44,384 nt of DNA, taken from the NCBI GenBank assembly GCA_026197015.1, contig JAPHRB010000015.1, forward strand, positions 1 to 44,384, given 5' to 3'. The notes below the pieces were generated by a model that saw nothing but the letters and a program-made list of their open reading frames with translations, was not told where the DNA came from and did not search any database. Source of the stretch: Gammaproteobacteria bacterium (GTDB lineage Bacteria; Pseudomonadota; Gammaproteobacteria; SZUA-229). Made by a program: the position numbers and the translations under genes. How positions within the stretch are numbered: the first letter of the stretch is position 1; the number at the start of each line of letters is the position of its first letter. Shown in pieces: positions 1 to 9,575 of this stretch.

Positions 1-1421
1 CCAGTTTGTTATCTTCCAATATACATAACAATGAGCAACAGATAACGACTGATGTTGGCATACGCCTATTTGATTTATCTGAATCGATTATTCAACGTAT
101 TGTTAGTGAAGCAATAACCGATGCTCGCTCGCTCGCAGCCTCGATGGATATAGATATAGGTGATAGCGAATCCGAAAACACTCAAAATAAAGACGAATTA
201 AAACAGATACAACTTGCACAGGAAGTAAGAGACACCGCTTTAGTACAAAACAGCCAGTTCGTTATAAACGCCGATTCTAGTGATATATATAAAACAATTC
301 AGCAATCAATCAGTCTTTTATTTGGTGTGAATAACAGTCTGGTTGTAAATCTCGATGAATCACAACAATTTTTAAGTATTGCTAAAAAACAACACCTAAC
401 CGATACATGCCTGTTTGAAGACCTTAAAATAGATATCAGCGGTAATAGTATTTTATCTCGATGCCTTAATAAAAAACAAATTATCGATAGTTTTTCTGCT
501 AAAACCTCTGCTTCTTTAAGCATTATTGATGAACAAATTGCGCATGGTTTAAAAACTGAAGGTTTTGTTTGTTTACCTGTGACAAACAGCAATAGACTGC
601 ACGGTGTCGTATTATTAGGTTGCTCAAATAACCAGGCATTAAAGCTACTTAAAAACTCGTCTTTACTAAAACTATTTGCTGACAATCTATCGATTAAATT
701 ACAACAGTATCTGGATTACAGTCAGAAAACATCTGAAGCATCTGAGAAAAATAGCCTGATATTTATAGAACGTGCCAGAAAAATAATTCATGAAACTAAC
801 AACCCGTTAACTGTTATCAGAAACTATCTTCAATTACTGTCTAAAAAATTAAATGAAGATGATCCGGCACAAGCAGACCTGTCAACGATTAAACAGGAAA
901 TTGATCGGATTAGTAATATCATAATAAGGTGCAAAGATGCACCAAATGTTGAAGCATCTGATTTTTCAGAAATTAACATTAATACGCTTTTGACAGAACT
1001 TATTTCTCTTTATAAAGCATCTTTATTTGCAACACATAATATTACATCGACACTTAATCTCGACAATAAACTGAAACCCGTCAGACTCGATAAAAACAGC
1101 ATTAAACAAATTATCACCAACTTACTTAAAAATTCAGTAGAAGCTATAAAATCTGATGGTGAAATTATAATTACAACAGGGACAATCAATATAAATGGAA
1201 ACAACTATATAGAACTTAAGCTAGAAGATAGCGGACCGGGAATACCTGCTGAGATAATGAAAAATCTCTACACTCCTGTTACCAGCACAAAGGGACAGGA
1301 ACATTCAGGACTAGGCTTAAGTATTACAAAAAATTTAGTCGATAGAACCGGAGGTTCTATAAGCTGTAGAACTAATAATAATGGCACGGTATTTAGTGTC
1401 CAGTTTCCTGAAACTAATTAA
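1..1421 (+). CDS. sensor histidine kinase, 5'-partial at window edge (GAF-like sensor + HisKA + HATPase_c)
   Basis: ORF 6..1421 begins at TTG with no upstream stop, so it probably continues left of the window. H-box HETNNPLTVIRNYLQLL, N-box ITNLLKNSVEA, G1 EDSGPGIP, G2 GLGLSITKNLV. It lies directly upstream of a response regulator. Confidence 0.85.
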   Translation, partial: SLLSSNIHNNEQQITTDVGIRLFDLSESIIQRIVSEAITDARSLAASMDIDIGDSESENTQNKDELKQIQLAQEVRDTALVQNSQFVINADSSDIYKTIQQSISLLFGVNNSLVVNLDESQQFLSIAKKQHLTDTCLFEDLKIDISGNSILSRCLNKKQIIDSFSAKTSASLSIIDEQIAHGLKTEGFVCLPVTNSNRLHGVVLLGCSNNQALKLLKNSSLLKLFADNLSIKLQQYLDYSQKTSEASEKNSLIFIERARKIIHETNNPLTVIRNYLQLLSKKLNEDDPAQADLSTIKQEIDRISNIIIRCKDAPNVEASDFSEININTLLTELISLYKASLFATHNITSTLNLDNKLKPVRLDKNSIKQIITNLLKNSVEAIKSDGEIIITTGTININGNNYIELKLEDSGPGIPAEIMKNLYTPVTSTKGQEHSGLGLSITKNLVDRTGGSISCRTNNNGTVFSVQFPETN

Positions 1422-1475
1422 TTGAGCTTGATATAATTTAAGTCTCATCTCTGTAAATGTAAATAGGCCTGTAGT

Positions 1476-3707
1476 ATGCCAGAGAAGACAAACGAACGAA
1501 CGAACGATGAGTTTAACATTACCTGTACTAATACTAGTGGCAGCATTAATGCCAGTAACAGTACTGATGCTGTTGAAAAAATACTAATTGTCGATGACGA
1601 AAAACTCCATCAATATAGTTTGATGGAGTTAATGAAACAAAATAACTGTGATGTTGAATGCGTCAGCAGTGGTGATGAAGCCATTGAAATCATTCGGAAC
1701 AATAACATCGGCATAGTTCTTCTCGACCTCAATATGGATGGCATCAACGGTGAAGATGTCATGCGTTTCATTTCTAAAAACGAAATAAACACAACTATTA
1801 TCGTGGTCAGTGGCGAACCATCATTTGAAGCCGCAGAGAATGCGCTTAAACATGGTGCTTATGACTATATTCGAAAACCATACTCTATCGATAATTTATT
1901 AAACTCTGTAAATAATGCAACAAAAAAACGTCAACTTGAAGCTGATAATCACAAAATGCATGCTCAGCTCAGGGAGTCTGAAAAACTACATCGTTATATA
2001 GTTAATAAATCACCTGATATTGTTTACATACTAAATGAAGAAGGTCGTTTCACTTTCATTAATAAACGTATTGAAACACTACTGGGTTATAAAGTAAGAG
2101 AAGTTATTGGAAAACACTATACTGAATTAGTGCATGATGATGATATTGAAAAAGCGCAGTTCAAATTTAATGAGCGTCGAACAGGTAACCGTGCAAGCAT
2201 AAATATTGAATTAAAACTTAAATGCAAAAATAATGACCAGCCTCGCAACTTTGACAATCGCATATTACCTATTGAGATAAACTCTGTAGGTGTTTATAGC
2301 TCACACGAGACAGAAGATAATAAAAAATTCATTGGTACTTATGGAATAGCTCGCGACATTACAGATCGTATTGAAGCAGAAGAAATTATCCGTTTTCAGG
2401 CCTACCATGACATGCTTACTCGCCTGCCAAATCGAACATTATTAAATGATCGCCTAAGCCAGGCATTAACCCATGCTCGTCGTAATAAAACTAATTTATC
2501 TGTAATGTTCCTTGACCTGGACCGTTTCAAAATGATCAATGATACTTTAGGTCATATAGTAGGTGATCATCTACTACAGGCAGTAGCGATGCGATTACGC
2601 CACTGTTTACGAGAGGGTGATACTCTGGCCCGACTGGGTGGCGATGAATTCACTCTATTACTACCTGAAGTTAACAGTAAAAAAGATGCCAAACTGGTCG
2701 CAGAAAAGATAATAAAATCGTTAACAATGCCATTTAAGATTGATAGTCATGAACTTTTTGTTAGTACAAGCATTGGTATTTCACATTACCCTGAAGATGG
2801 TGAATCAATAGAATCACTCATAAAACACGCCGATATTGCCATGTACTCTGTTAAAGGAAATGGTAAAAATAATTATCAGTTTTATGATAACAATATGATT
2901 AATGCATACTCTAATCATTTATCTCTTGAAAATGATTTACGAAGAGCTCTGGATGACGAACAGTTTGAAGTTTATTATCAACCACAAATTAATATTGAAA
3001 CACGTGAAATTTTCGCTATGGAAGCACTGATACGCTGGAATCATCCCGATCGTGGCATGATAAATCCTGGCGAGTTCATTGCACTTGCTGAAGAAACTCG
3101 ATTAATAAAACAAATCGGCAACTGGATTTTCCAAAACACCTGCGCCGAACTGAAACGTTGGCGTGAAATGGGCCTTGATAATATCCGAATCGCCGTCAAT
3201 GTATCAGCAATCCAACTGGAACAACATGATTTTGTCGAATTTGTTTTAGGGGTGTTATCTAAAAATAAGATACCCGGTGAGTTTCTCGAAATCGAGATTA
3301 CTGAAAACACATTAATGCACGATACAGATGATGGCATTCTTAAATTAAGGGAATTAAGTGCTAATGGTATCAAAATTGCCATTGATGATTTTGGGACTGG
3401 TTATTCTTCATTAAATTACTTAAAACGTTTACCAATTGATACCCTTAAAATTGATCAATCATTCGTAAGAGATATGTCAAAGAGTGATGAAGACTCCTCG
3501 ATTATCAAAGCGATAATAGCTATGGCTAAAGGTTTAAATTTAAATATTATTTCTGAAGGTGTAGAAACAGAAGAACAGTTAGAGCAACTAAGAACCTGGC
3601 GCTGTAAAAATATGCAAGGTTTTCTATTTAGCAGGCCTATGCCCTGCATAGAAGCAGTTGATATGCTAAAAGATCATGCACAAATAAAAATGCATCTTAT
3701 TAAATAA
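1476..3707 (+). CDS. response regulator with REC-PAS-GGDEF-EAL architecture (c-di-GMP turnover)
   Basis: REC: ILIVDDE ... VLLDLNMDG. PAS: SPDIVYILNEEGRFTFINKR. GGDEF is intact with an RxxD I-site five residues upstream (REGDTLARLGGDEF). EAL motifs EALIRW, DDFGTGYSSL, QGFLFSRP. Confidence 0.92.
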   Translation: MPEKTNERTNDEFNITCTNTSGSINASNSTDAVEKILIVDDEKLHQYSLMELMKQNNCDVECVSSGDEAIEIIRNNNIGIVLLDLNMDGINGEDVMRFISKNEINTTIIVVSGEPSFEAAENALKHGAYDYIRKPYSIDNLLNSVNNATKKRQLEADNHKMHAQLRESEKLHRYIVNKSPDIVYILNEEGRFTFINKRIETLLGYKVREVIGKHYTELVHDDDIEKAQFKFNERRTGNRASINIELKLKCKNNDQPRNFDNRILPIEINSVGVYSSHETEDNKKFIGTYGIARDITDRIEAEEIIRFQAYHDMLTRLPNRTLLNDRLSQALTHARRNKTNLSVMFLDLDRFKMINDTLGHIVGDHLLQAVAMRLRHCLREGDTLARLGGDEFTLLLPEVNSKKDAKLVAEKIIKSLTMPFKIDSHELFVSTSIGISHYPEDGESIESLIKHADIAMYSVKGNGKNNYQFYDNNMINAYSNHLSLENDLRRALDDEQFEVYYQPQINIETREIFAMEALIRWNHPDRGMINPGEFIALAEETRLIKQIGNWIFQNTCAELKRWREMGLDNIRIAVNVSAIQLEQHDFVEFVLGVLSKNKIPGEFLEIEITENTLMHDTDDGILKLRELSANGIKIAIDDFGTGYSSLNYLKRLPIDTLKIDQSFVRDMSKSDEDSSIIKAIIAMAKGLNLNIISEGVETEEQLEQLRTWRCKNMQGFLFSRPMPCIEAVDMLKDHAQIKMHLIK

Positions 3708-3724
3708 AAAGCCGAGATCATTAG

Positions 3725-3749
3725 AGAGGCAGTTAATATAACTGCCTCT
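3725..3749. terminator. hairpin between convergent genes (10-bp stem agaggcagtt/aactgcctct, 5-nt loop), T-rich on the + side
   Basis: Read directly from the sequence. It lies between the stop of the GGDEF-EAL gene (3707) and the stop of rubrerythrin (3791). Confidence 0.6.
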
Positions 3750-3790
3750 TTATTAGTTGTCGTTTTTAAATTCTCAGCCTCAGTCTGGTA

Positions 3791-4369
3791 TTACCAGTTT
3801 TCACCGAGTAACTCAAAATGAGCTTGTGGGTGTAAACACGCAGGACAAAGATCTGGCGCTTCTTCAGCTTCATGAAGATAACCACAGTTACGACAACGCC
3901 ATACAACTTTTCCATTTCTTTTAAATACTCTACCTTCTTCCAGATTTTTAGCGAGGTCACTATAACGCTTACCATGCTGCTTTTCTGCTATTGAAATAGC
4001 ATCAAATGCAGCAGCAATCTCAGTAAAACCCTCTTCACGTGCTTTTTTTGCATATGCTGGATACAACTCATCCCATTCATGCTCTTCACCGGCAGCGGCT
4101 TGTTTTAAGTTTTCAAGAGTTGAACCTATCTTTCCAGCGGTTATGGTCTCCGTTATTTCACGTTCATCACCCTCTAGAAACTTAAAAAATCGTTTCGCAT
4201 GTTCTTTTTCCTGATTGGCTGTTTCTTCGAAAATATCTGCGATCTGTACCAGGCCTTCTTTTCTTGCGGCACCTGCAAAGTAGGTATATAGATTTCTAGC
4301 CTGTGACTCTCCTGAAAAAGCTTTAAGTAAGTTTTTCTCTGTTTCTGAGCCTTTTATACTTTTCGACAT
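3791..4369 (-). CDS. rbr: rubrerythrin
   Basis: N-terminal ferritin-like di-iron domain (GSETEKNLLKAFSGESQARNLYTYFA, EEKEHAKRF-type ExxH motifs). C-terminal rubredoxin-like CRNCGY...CPAC. Confidence 0.93.
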   Translation of the reverse strand: MSKSIKGSETEKNLLKAFSGESQARNLYTYFAGAARKEGLVQIADIFEETANQEKEHAKRFFKFLEGDEREITETITAGKIGSTLENLKQAAAGEEHEWDELYPAYAKKAREEGFTEIAAAFDAISIAEKQHGKRYSDLAKNLEEGRVFKRNGKVVWRCRNCGYLHEAEEAPDLCPACLHPQAHFELLGENW

Positions 4370-4438
4370 ATCAATACTCCAAATATTTATATTAATAGTT
4401 ACTTCTGTTGATTACATCTTATTACTAATTCATTCATA

Positions 4439-4454
4439 CTTATAATTAATTATA
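4439..4454. promoter_or_regulatory. perfect 16-bp palindrome TTATAATTAATTATAA, candidate Fur-family (PerR/Fur-like) operator about 70 nt upstream of rubrerythrin
   Basis: The palindrome was read directly. Its half-sites equal the PerR-box half-site TTATAAT but with a 2-nt rather than 1-nt centre. ATTATAACT also occurs twice (4448..4456, 4470..4478). Confidence 0.3.
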
Positions 4455-4703
4455 ACTGTCGTTATGATAGATTATAACTATAATAGTATGTATTTACATA
4501 AATAAACTTAAGCTGATGATTAATATATGAATCTGTTAAACTACACCTAAACCTATGTTAATTAAGGTATTTTTAGTAATTTAAGGATAAAATCTGATTT
4601 TTCAAGACATTACGCACTTTAGTTTATAAGAAAACCTTAATATTTGAACTTTATACTATCAAACAACTCTAAGAAATTCGATTAAATAAAAACACATACT
4701 AAT

Positions 4704-5105
4704 ATGCGACTAAGTTCTGCTAAACAGCTTCCTACAAATGCACTAATCATATATATGATTAGTGCATTGCTGTTTCTATGTTCTATTGAGTTACATATAC
4801 ACACAGGTGATACTGCAATAAATGCAGATCATGGTTCCGCTGTATCAATTACATCCCTTGCAAACAATCTTGATTATTTGAATATAAGTAATGAAATAGA
4901 AGTCAGCCCTGATGGCATGTTAAAAATCAAACATAGCGCGCCTAATATACTCGTAATCTTTTTAGTATTAACATTGATCTGCACCCTGTTCTTGCAGATA
5001 CTTACCCTGCGCTCAAGAGACCAGCACCTGGCCTCTAAACTACCCTTTTTTGGCACTCCAGCCTTAAGAGGGCCTCCGCTACAACGTCTTCATACCCTTT
5101 ATTAA
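4704..5105 (+). CDS. hypothetical small membrane protein (two hydrophobic segments, His-rich loop, C-terminal ALRGPP)
   Basis: 133-aa ORF heading the efflux operon. TM-like segments ALIIYMISALLFLCSI and ILVIFLVLTLICTLFLQIL. No obvious SD. Its position and C-terminal RGPP motif recall the small DUF2946-like proteins found next to metal operons (from memory, unverified). Confidence 0.4.
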   Translation: MRLSSAKQLPTNALIIYMISALLFLCSIELHIHTGDTAINADHGSAVSITSLANNLDYLNISNEIEVSPDGMLKIKHSAPNILVIFLVLTLICTLFLQILTLRSRDQHLASKLPFFGTPALRGPPLQRLHTLY

Positions 5106-5134
5106 ATAGCAGCATTTTGCTGTGCCTTTAACAT

Positions 5135-5155
5135 GTGAAATACAATGTATTTCAC
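5135..5155. promoter_or_regulatory. 10-1-10 perfect palindrome GTGAAATACA-A-TGTATTTCAC upstream of the efflux OMF gene
   Basis: Read directly. It lies 40 nt upstream of the OMF start (5195) and contains TGAA...TTCA half-sites. There is no T-run, so an operator is more likely than a terminator. Confidence 0.25.
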
Positions 5156-5194
5156 TGTAAAAATATGACATAAAATTTTCTTTAGGAGTTTTAA

Positions 5195-6484
5195 ATGAAT
5201 TCTAAATTCATTAAACCAATATTTACTTTATTAATGACGCTGGCCTACTCATCTGTCATTAATGCTCAACAATGGACATTGCAAAGCAGTATTGCACAGG
5301 CAATGACTACATCACCTGAACTAAAAATTTCATCGGCAGAAATAGGTGCCCGAACCTCAGAATTAGAGTTATCTGGTATGTGGCCTGACCCAAGTGTGGA
5401 GTTAAAAGTTGATAACCAGATGGGTCGAGATGAAGGCACCGGTGACTATGGTCTTTCTGAAATAACTATCAGTCAGGATATACCTCTGTCACGTCTTAAA
5501 CATCAGAAATCGGTTGCTGAGGCACAGCTTAATGCTGCTATGCATTCTCAAAGTAACGAGACGTTAGTCATTCAAAATCGAGTAGCTAAGGTTTTTTATG
5601 AGTTACAGTTTGCCACTGCTGCTTTCGAACTAACGCACCAGCGAGTTAAGTTAGCTGATAAGCTCAAAGCATCGGCTAACAATAACAAGAGTGATACGCT
5701 GGTTCGTTACTTAACACCATTAGAAAAAATGCGCCTGAGTATTATTAGCGAAAAAGCCCATCAGGAAGAAGCCGCTGCGGAAGGTAAATATAGAGAAACA
5801 CTTACCGAGTTCTATAAATTATTAGGTATAGATAACAATAACAAAGTTAATGTTCCAGAATTATTACCTGTTATAGACATACCAGAACTCGATTTTTTAA
5901 GTGATCAACAGGATAGGCATCCATTACTTTCAACACAGCAGCAAATTTTACAGGCTGCAACCAATGAAATTGATGTTGCTAGAAATTCTGCCATGAGAGA
6001 CCCTTCGATAAGCATAAATAAATTACGTGAAAACTTTTCAAGTGGTACAGAAAGTGTTTATGGGGTGATGTTTAATATTGAAATACCTATACATGATCGT
6101 AAAAGCTCAAAAGTCAGTAAAGCTAATTACAATGCCAGTCAACATCGCATTGAATTAGCTCGTTTGAAACGTGAATTACAAATTAATTTAAATCAGAGTT
6201 ACACACACCTTAACCATGTAATTGAACAAACATCTGAATATAAGATTAAAGTTCTCAACCCTGCAAAAAAAATACTTAGCTTAAGTGAGAAAGGTTTTAT
6301 CAGCGGTGAGTTAAATATTTTATCTCTGGTAGACGCTAATAACACATATTTTGAATCATATATGCAATATCTCGATTTAATGTATCAGTCCTGGATGGAA
6401 ATGGCAGATATTAATTTATATGCCGGTCAGTTTATTAAATTCGACAATACTCAAGCTAATATTAATTACACAGGAGTAAAATAA
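5195..6484 (+). CDS. TolC/CzcC-family outer-membrane efflux factor
   Basis: Signal peptide MNSKFIKPIFTLLMTLAYSSVINAQ. OEP-type repeats (LQSSIAQAMTTSPELK, AEAQLNAA...). 429 aa. Stops 1 nt before the RND gene. Confidence 0.85.
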   Translation: MNSKFIKPIFTLLMTLAYSSVINAQQWTLQSSIAQAMTTSPELKISSAEIGARTSELELSGMWPDPSVELKVDNQMGRDEGTGDYGLSEITISQDIPLSRLKHQKSVAEAQLNAAMHSQSNETLVIQNRVAKVFYELQFATAAFELTHQRVKLADKLKASANNNKSDTLVRYLTPLEKMRLSIISEKAHQEEAAAEGKYRETLTEFYKLLGIDNNNKVNVPELLPVIDIPELDFLSDQQDRHPLLSTQQQILQAATNEIDVARNSAMRDPSISINKLRENFSSGTESVYGVMFNIEIPIHDRKSSKVSKANYNASQHRIELARLKRELQINLNQSYTHLNHVIEQTSEYKIKVLNPAKKILSLSEKGFISGELNILSLVDANNTYFESYMQYLDLMYQSWMEMADINLYAGQFIKFDNTQANINYTGVK

Positions 6485-6485
6485 T

Positions 6486-9400
6486 ATGATTTCAGCTATT
6501 TTACGCTTTTCTCTAATACAGAGATTAATGATTGTTCTCATTACCCTGGGAATTTCAGCCGCTGGCATCTGGTCGTTTAAAAACTTACCCATTGATGCTT
6601 TTCCTGACATATCTTCACCTCAGGTGCAAATAATAATTAAAGCGCCAGGTATGTCGCCTACGGAAGTTGAACAACGAATAACATTTCCTATTGAAACAGA
6701 AATGCAGGGCATACCTGGTCAAAAGATACTACGTTCAACAACCAAATATGCACTAAGTATTATAGTTGTCGATTTTGAAGATAGTGTCGATATTTATCAT
6801 GCACGAAATTTAGTAAATGAACGCTTAAACCAGGTTTGGGCCTCACTACCCGCTGACATAGAAGGCGGACTTGCACCCATTACAACACCACTTGGTGAGA
6901 TATATATGTATCGCATAATTGGTGAAAATTATACTAATCAGGAATTACGCAGTTTACAGGACTGGGTCATCAGGCCTCATTTACGCCAGGTAGACGGCGT
7001 AGCAGACATCAACTCACTAGGTGGTGAAGTACGTAACTACGAAGTTGTTATTAAACCTGAAGCACTGGTAAAACACGGTATAAGCATTGATGAAATAGAA
7101 AGGGCACTTGCAAAAAACAATCGAAATGCGGGTGGCGACCGTATCAATCGAAACAATGAAGTGCTTTTAGTACGCACACTTGGTAAGTTAAATGGTGAGG
7201 AAGATATTAAAAACATTACTATCCGCACTCGCTATGGCACACCATTACATATTCGTGATGTTGCCGATGTTCGTAGCGGTAGCATGACACGTTATGGTGG
7301 CGTTACAGCTGATGGCGAAGGTGAAGTTGTTACAGGACTTGTGTTATTACGCAAAGGCGCCAACAGTTTAAAGACGGTAGAAAAAACAAAACTGGCGTTT
7401 GAATCATTAAAAGAGATTTTGCCCAAAGATATTAGTATCGAGGTATTTTATGATCGTACCGAATTAATCACTAAAGCGGTGTGGACTGTTGAAAAAGCAC
7501 TGGGTGAAGCTGTCATTCTTGTTTTGATTGTATTAATTATAATGCTTGGTGATATACGTAGCGCATTAACAGTTGCAGTTATCTTACCTTTATCAGTTTT
7601 ATTCACATTTATTCTAATGAAGGTATTTGGAGTTTCTGCAAACCTTATGTCTTTAGGTGGTCTTACAATCGCAATAGGTATTCTTGTGGATGCGGCTGTT
7701 GTTGTGGTTGAGAATATTCACACCCATTTCAGCAGAGGCTCAAAAGGATTAGATCGATTACATTTAATTTATCGTGCAGTACTTGAAGTTTCTGCGCCAG
7801 TAATATCAGGCATTTTAATTATTGTAGCTGTATTCCTTCCACTATTCAGCCTAACAGGGCTCGAAGGAAAAATGTTTACTCCATTGGCTGTTACTATTAG
7901 TTTCGCACTACTAGGGTCATTAATTTTATCGTTAACGGTGATTCCTGTTATCGCCAGTTTCTTTATGAAAGTTCATGAAAATTCACACGAAGAAAAAGAC
8001 GGAAAATTAATCAGTGGTTTAAAGTTTATTTACTTACCTGTAATGAACTGGGCTTTAGTTTATCGAAAATCAGCTGTCAGCATAGCTATAGCGGCACTTC
8101 TTGCTACAGCTCCACTGTTTTCACAGATTGGCAAAGAGTTTATGCCAACAATGGATGAAGGTAATACCGTCATCATCATAGAAAAAGATCCAAGTATTAC
8201 ACTTGAAAAGTCACTTGCTATGGATTCACCTCTGCAGAAAGCGATAATGGAATTACCCGAAGTTATTGGCGTAACATCTAGAACAGGTGCTGATGAGTTA
8301 CGCATGGACCCTATGGGTTTATATCAAACTGACAACTTTATAATTACCAAACCAAGAAAAGACTGGAATATTTCATTAAAACAATTTCAGGAAAATTTAC
8401 GAGAAATTCTTTCCCGGTTTGAAAATATTGAATATGCATTTACCCAACCTATTGATATGCGCGTTTCAGAAATGCTTACCGGTGTACGCTCAGCTATGGC
8501 TATAAAACTTTATGGCGATGACTTAAGTATTCTTGATAAAAAAGCAGCTGAAATTGAAGAACAGGTGAAGAGCATTAATGGATCGGTAGATGTATTTAGA
8601 ACTGATATTTCTGGTCAACAATATTTACAGATAGATATTGATCAGAAAGCTATTTCTAAATATGGAATCAATGTAGAAGATATAAATACACTTATTGAAT
8701 CTGCTGTTGGGGGTAAAATAGTAACTAATATTCTTGAAAATAACCGTCCTATTAATGTACTCATTCGTTACGATGAAAAACATCGTAATTCGCCTGAGGT
8801 AATTAAAGACATGCTTGTTAGCATACCCAATGGTAACAAAGTACCTCTTAACAAGCTGGCTAAGGTTTCTGTTACTGATGGCCCGATTCAAATAATTCGT
8901 GAATCAGCAAAACGTCAGATAGTGATTCAGTCTAATGTAGAGAACCGTGACGTAGTGAGTTTTGTAAATGAAGTACAAAGTACTATTGAGAATAACATTG
9001 AGTTACCGCCGGGTTACTATGTAACCTTTGGTGGGCAATTTGAGAATCAGCAACGAGCAGCTAAAACCTTAACTCTAGTTATTCCTATTGCGATTATTCT
9101 AATATTCATTATGTTATTTACAACATTCAGATCAATGTTACAAGCGGGGCTTATATTGCTCAATATACCTTTTGCGATGATTGGTGGTGTCATTAGCCTG
9201 TATATTTCCGGCTTATACCTTTCAGTACCAGCTTCCGTTGGTTTCATTACACTCTTCGGTGTAGCCGTATTAAATGGTGTTGTAATGGTTAGTTACTTTA
9301 ATCAACTAAGACAAAGCGGCTTAAGTTTAATCGACTCGGTTAAACAGGGTGCAGAACGTCGCCTTAGACCGGTATTAATGACTGCGTTAATTGCTAGTTT

Positions 9401-9575
9401 TGGTCTACTACCCTTACTTACTGCTACTGGTCCTGGCTCAGAATTGCAACAGCCTCTTGCCGTGGTAGTAATTGGCGGTTTAATCACTTCCACTTTACTG
9501 ACGCTTATTTTACTTCCTACTCTTTATGCCTGGATGGAAGAGAAACTGGAAAAAAGAATTGAGGAAAAATCATGA
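6486..9575 (+). CDS. CusA/CzcA-family heavy-metal efflux RND transporter
   Basis: 1029 aa with the typical N-terminus (RFSLIQRLMIVLITLGISAAGIWSFKNLPIDAFPD). TM4 motif AIGILVDAAVVVVEN. Segments FTQPIDMRVSEMLTGVRSAMAIKLYGDD and LRPVLMTALIASFGLLPL match CzcA/CusA. Confidence 0.95.
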   Translation: MISAILRFSLIQRLMIVLITLGISAAGIWSFKNLPIDAFPDISSPQVQIIIKAPGMSPTEVEQRITFPIETEMQGIPGQKILRSTTKYALSIIVVDFEDSVDIYHARNLVNERLNQVWASLPADIEGGLAPITTPLGEIYMYRIIGENYTNQELRSLQDWVIRPHLRQVDGVADINSLGGEVRNYEVVIKPEALVKHGISIDEIERALAKNNRNAGGDRINRNNEVLLVRTLGKLNGEEDIKNITIRTRYGTPLHIRDVADVRSGSMTRYGGVTADGEGEVVTGLVLLRKGANSLKTVEKTKLAFESLKEILPKDISIEVFYDRTELITKAVWTVEKALGEAVILVLIVLIIMLGDIRSALTVAVILPLSVLFTFILMKVFGVSANLMSLGGLTIAIGILVDAAVVVVENIHTHFSRGSKGLDRLHLIYRAVLEVSAPVISGILIIVAVFLPLFSLTGLEGKMFTPLAVTISFALLGSLILSLTVIPVIASFFMKVHENSHEEKDGKLISGLKFIYLPVMNWALVYRKSAVSIAIAALLATAPLFSQIGKEFMPTMDEGNTVIIIEKDPSITLEKSLAMDSPLQKAIMELPEVIGVTSRTGADELRMDPMGLYQTDNFIITKPRKDWNISLKQFQENLREILSRFENIEYAFTQPIDMRVSEMLTGVRSAMAIKLYGDDLSILDKKAAEIEEQVKSINGSVDVFRTDISGQQYLQIDIDQKAISKYGINVEDINTLIESAVGGKIVTNILENNRPINVLIRYDEKHRNSPEVIKDMLVSIPNGNKVPLNKLAKVSVTDGPIQIIRESAKRQIVIQSNVENRDVVSFVNEVQSTIENNIELPPGYYVTFGGQFENQQRAAKTLTLVIPIAIILIFIMLFTTFRSMLQAGLILLNIPFAMIGGVISLYISGLYLSVPASVGFITLFGVAVLNGVVMVSYFNQLRQSGLSLIDSVKQGAERRLRPVLMTALIASFGLLPLLTATGPGSELQQPLAVVVIGGLITSTLLTLILLPTLYAWMEEKLEKRIEEKS

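Noticed and set aside
1491-1506. (AACG)x4 tetranucleotide repeat just after the start codon of the GGDEF-EAL response regulator; possible slipped-strand phase-variation switch
   Set aside because: Only four units, well below the tract lengths associated with appreciable slippage. It simply encodes NERTN. Worth rechecking only if strain comparisons show length variation.
3766-3975. 69-aa minus-strand ORF overlapping rubrerythrin in another frame, plus the many 60-130-aa antisense ORFs inside czcA, the histidine kinase, the GGDEF-EAL genes, trpB and metZ
   Set aside because: All are nested in or antisense to strongly supported genes and lack motifs. They are typical shadow ORFs.
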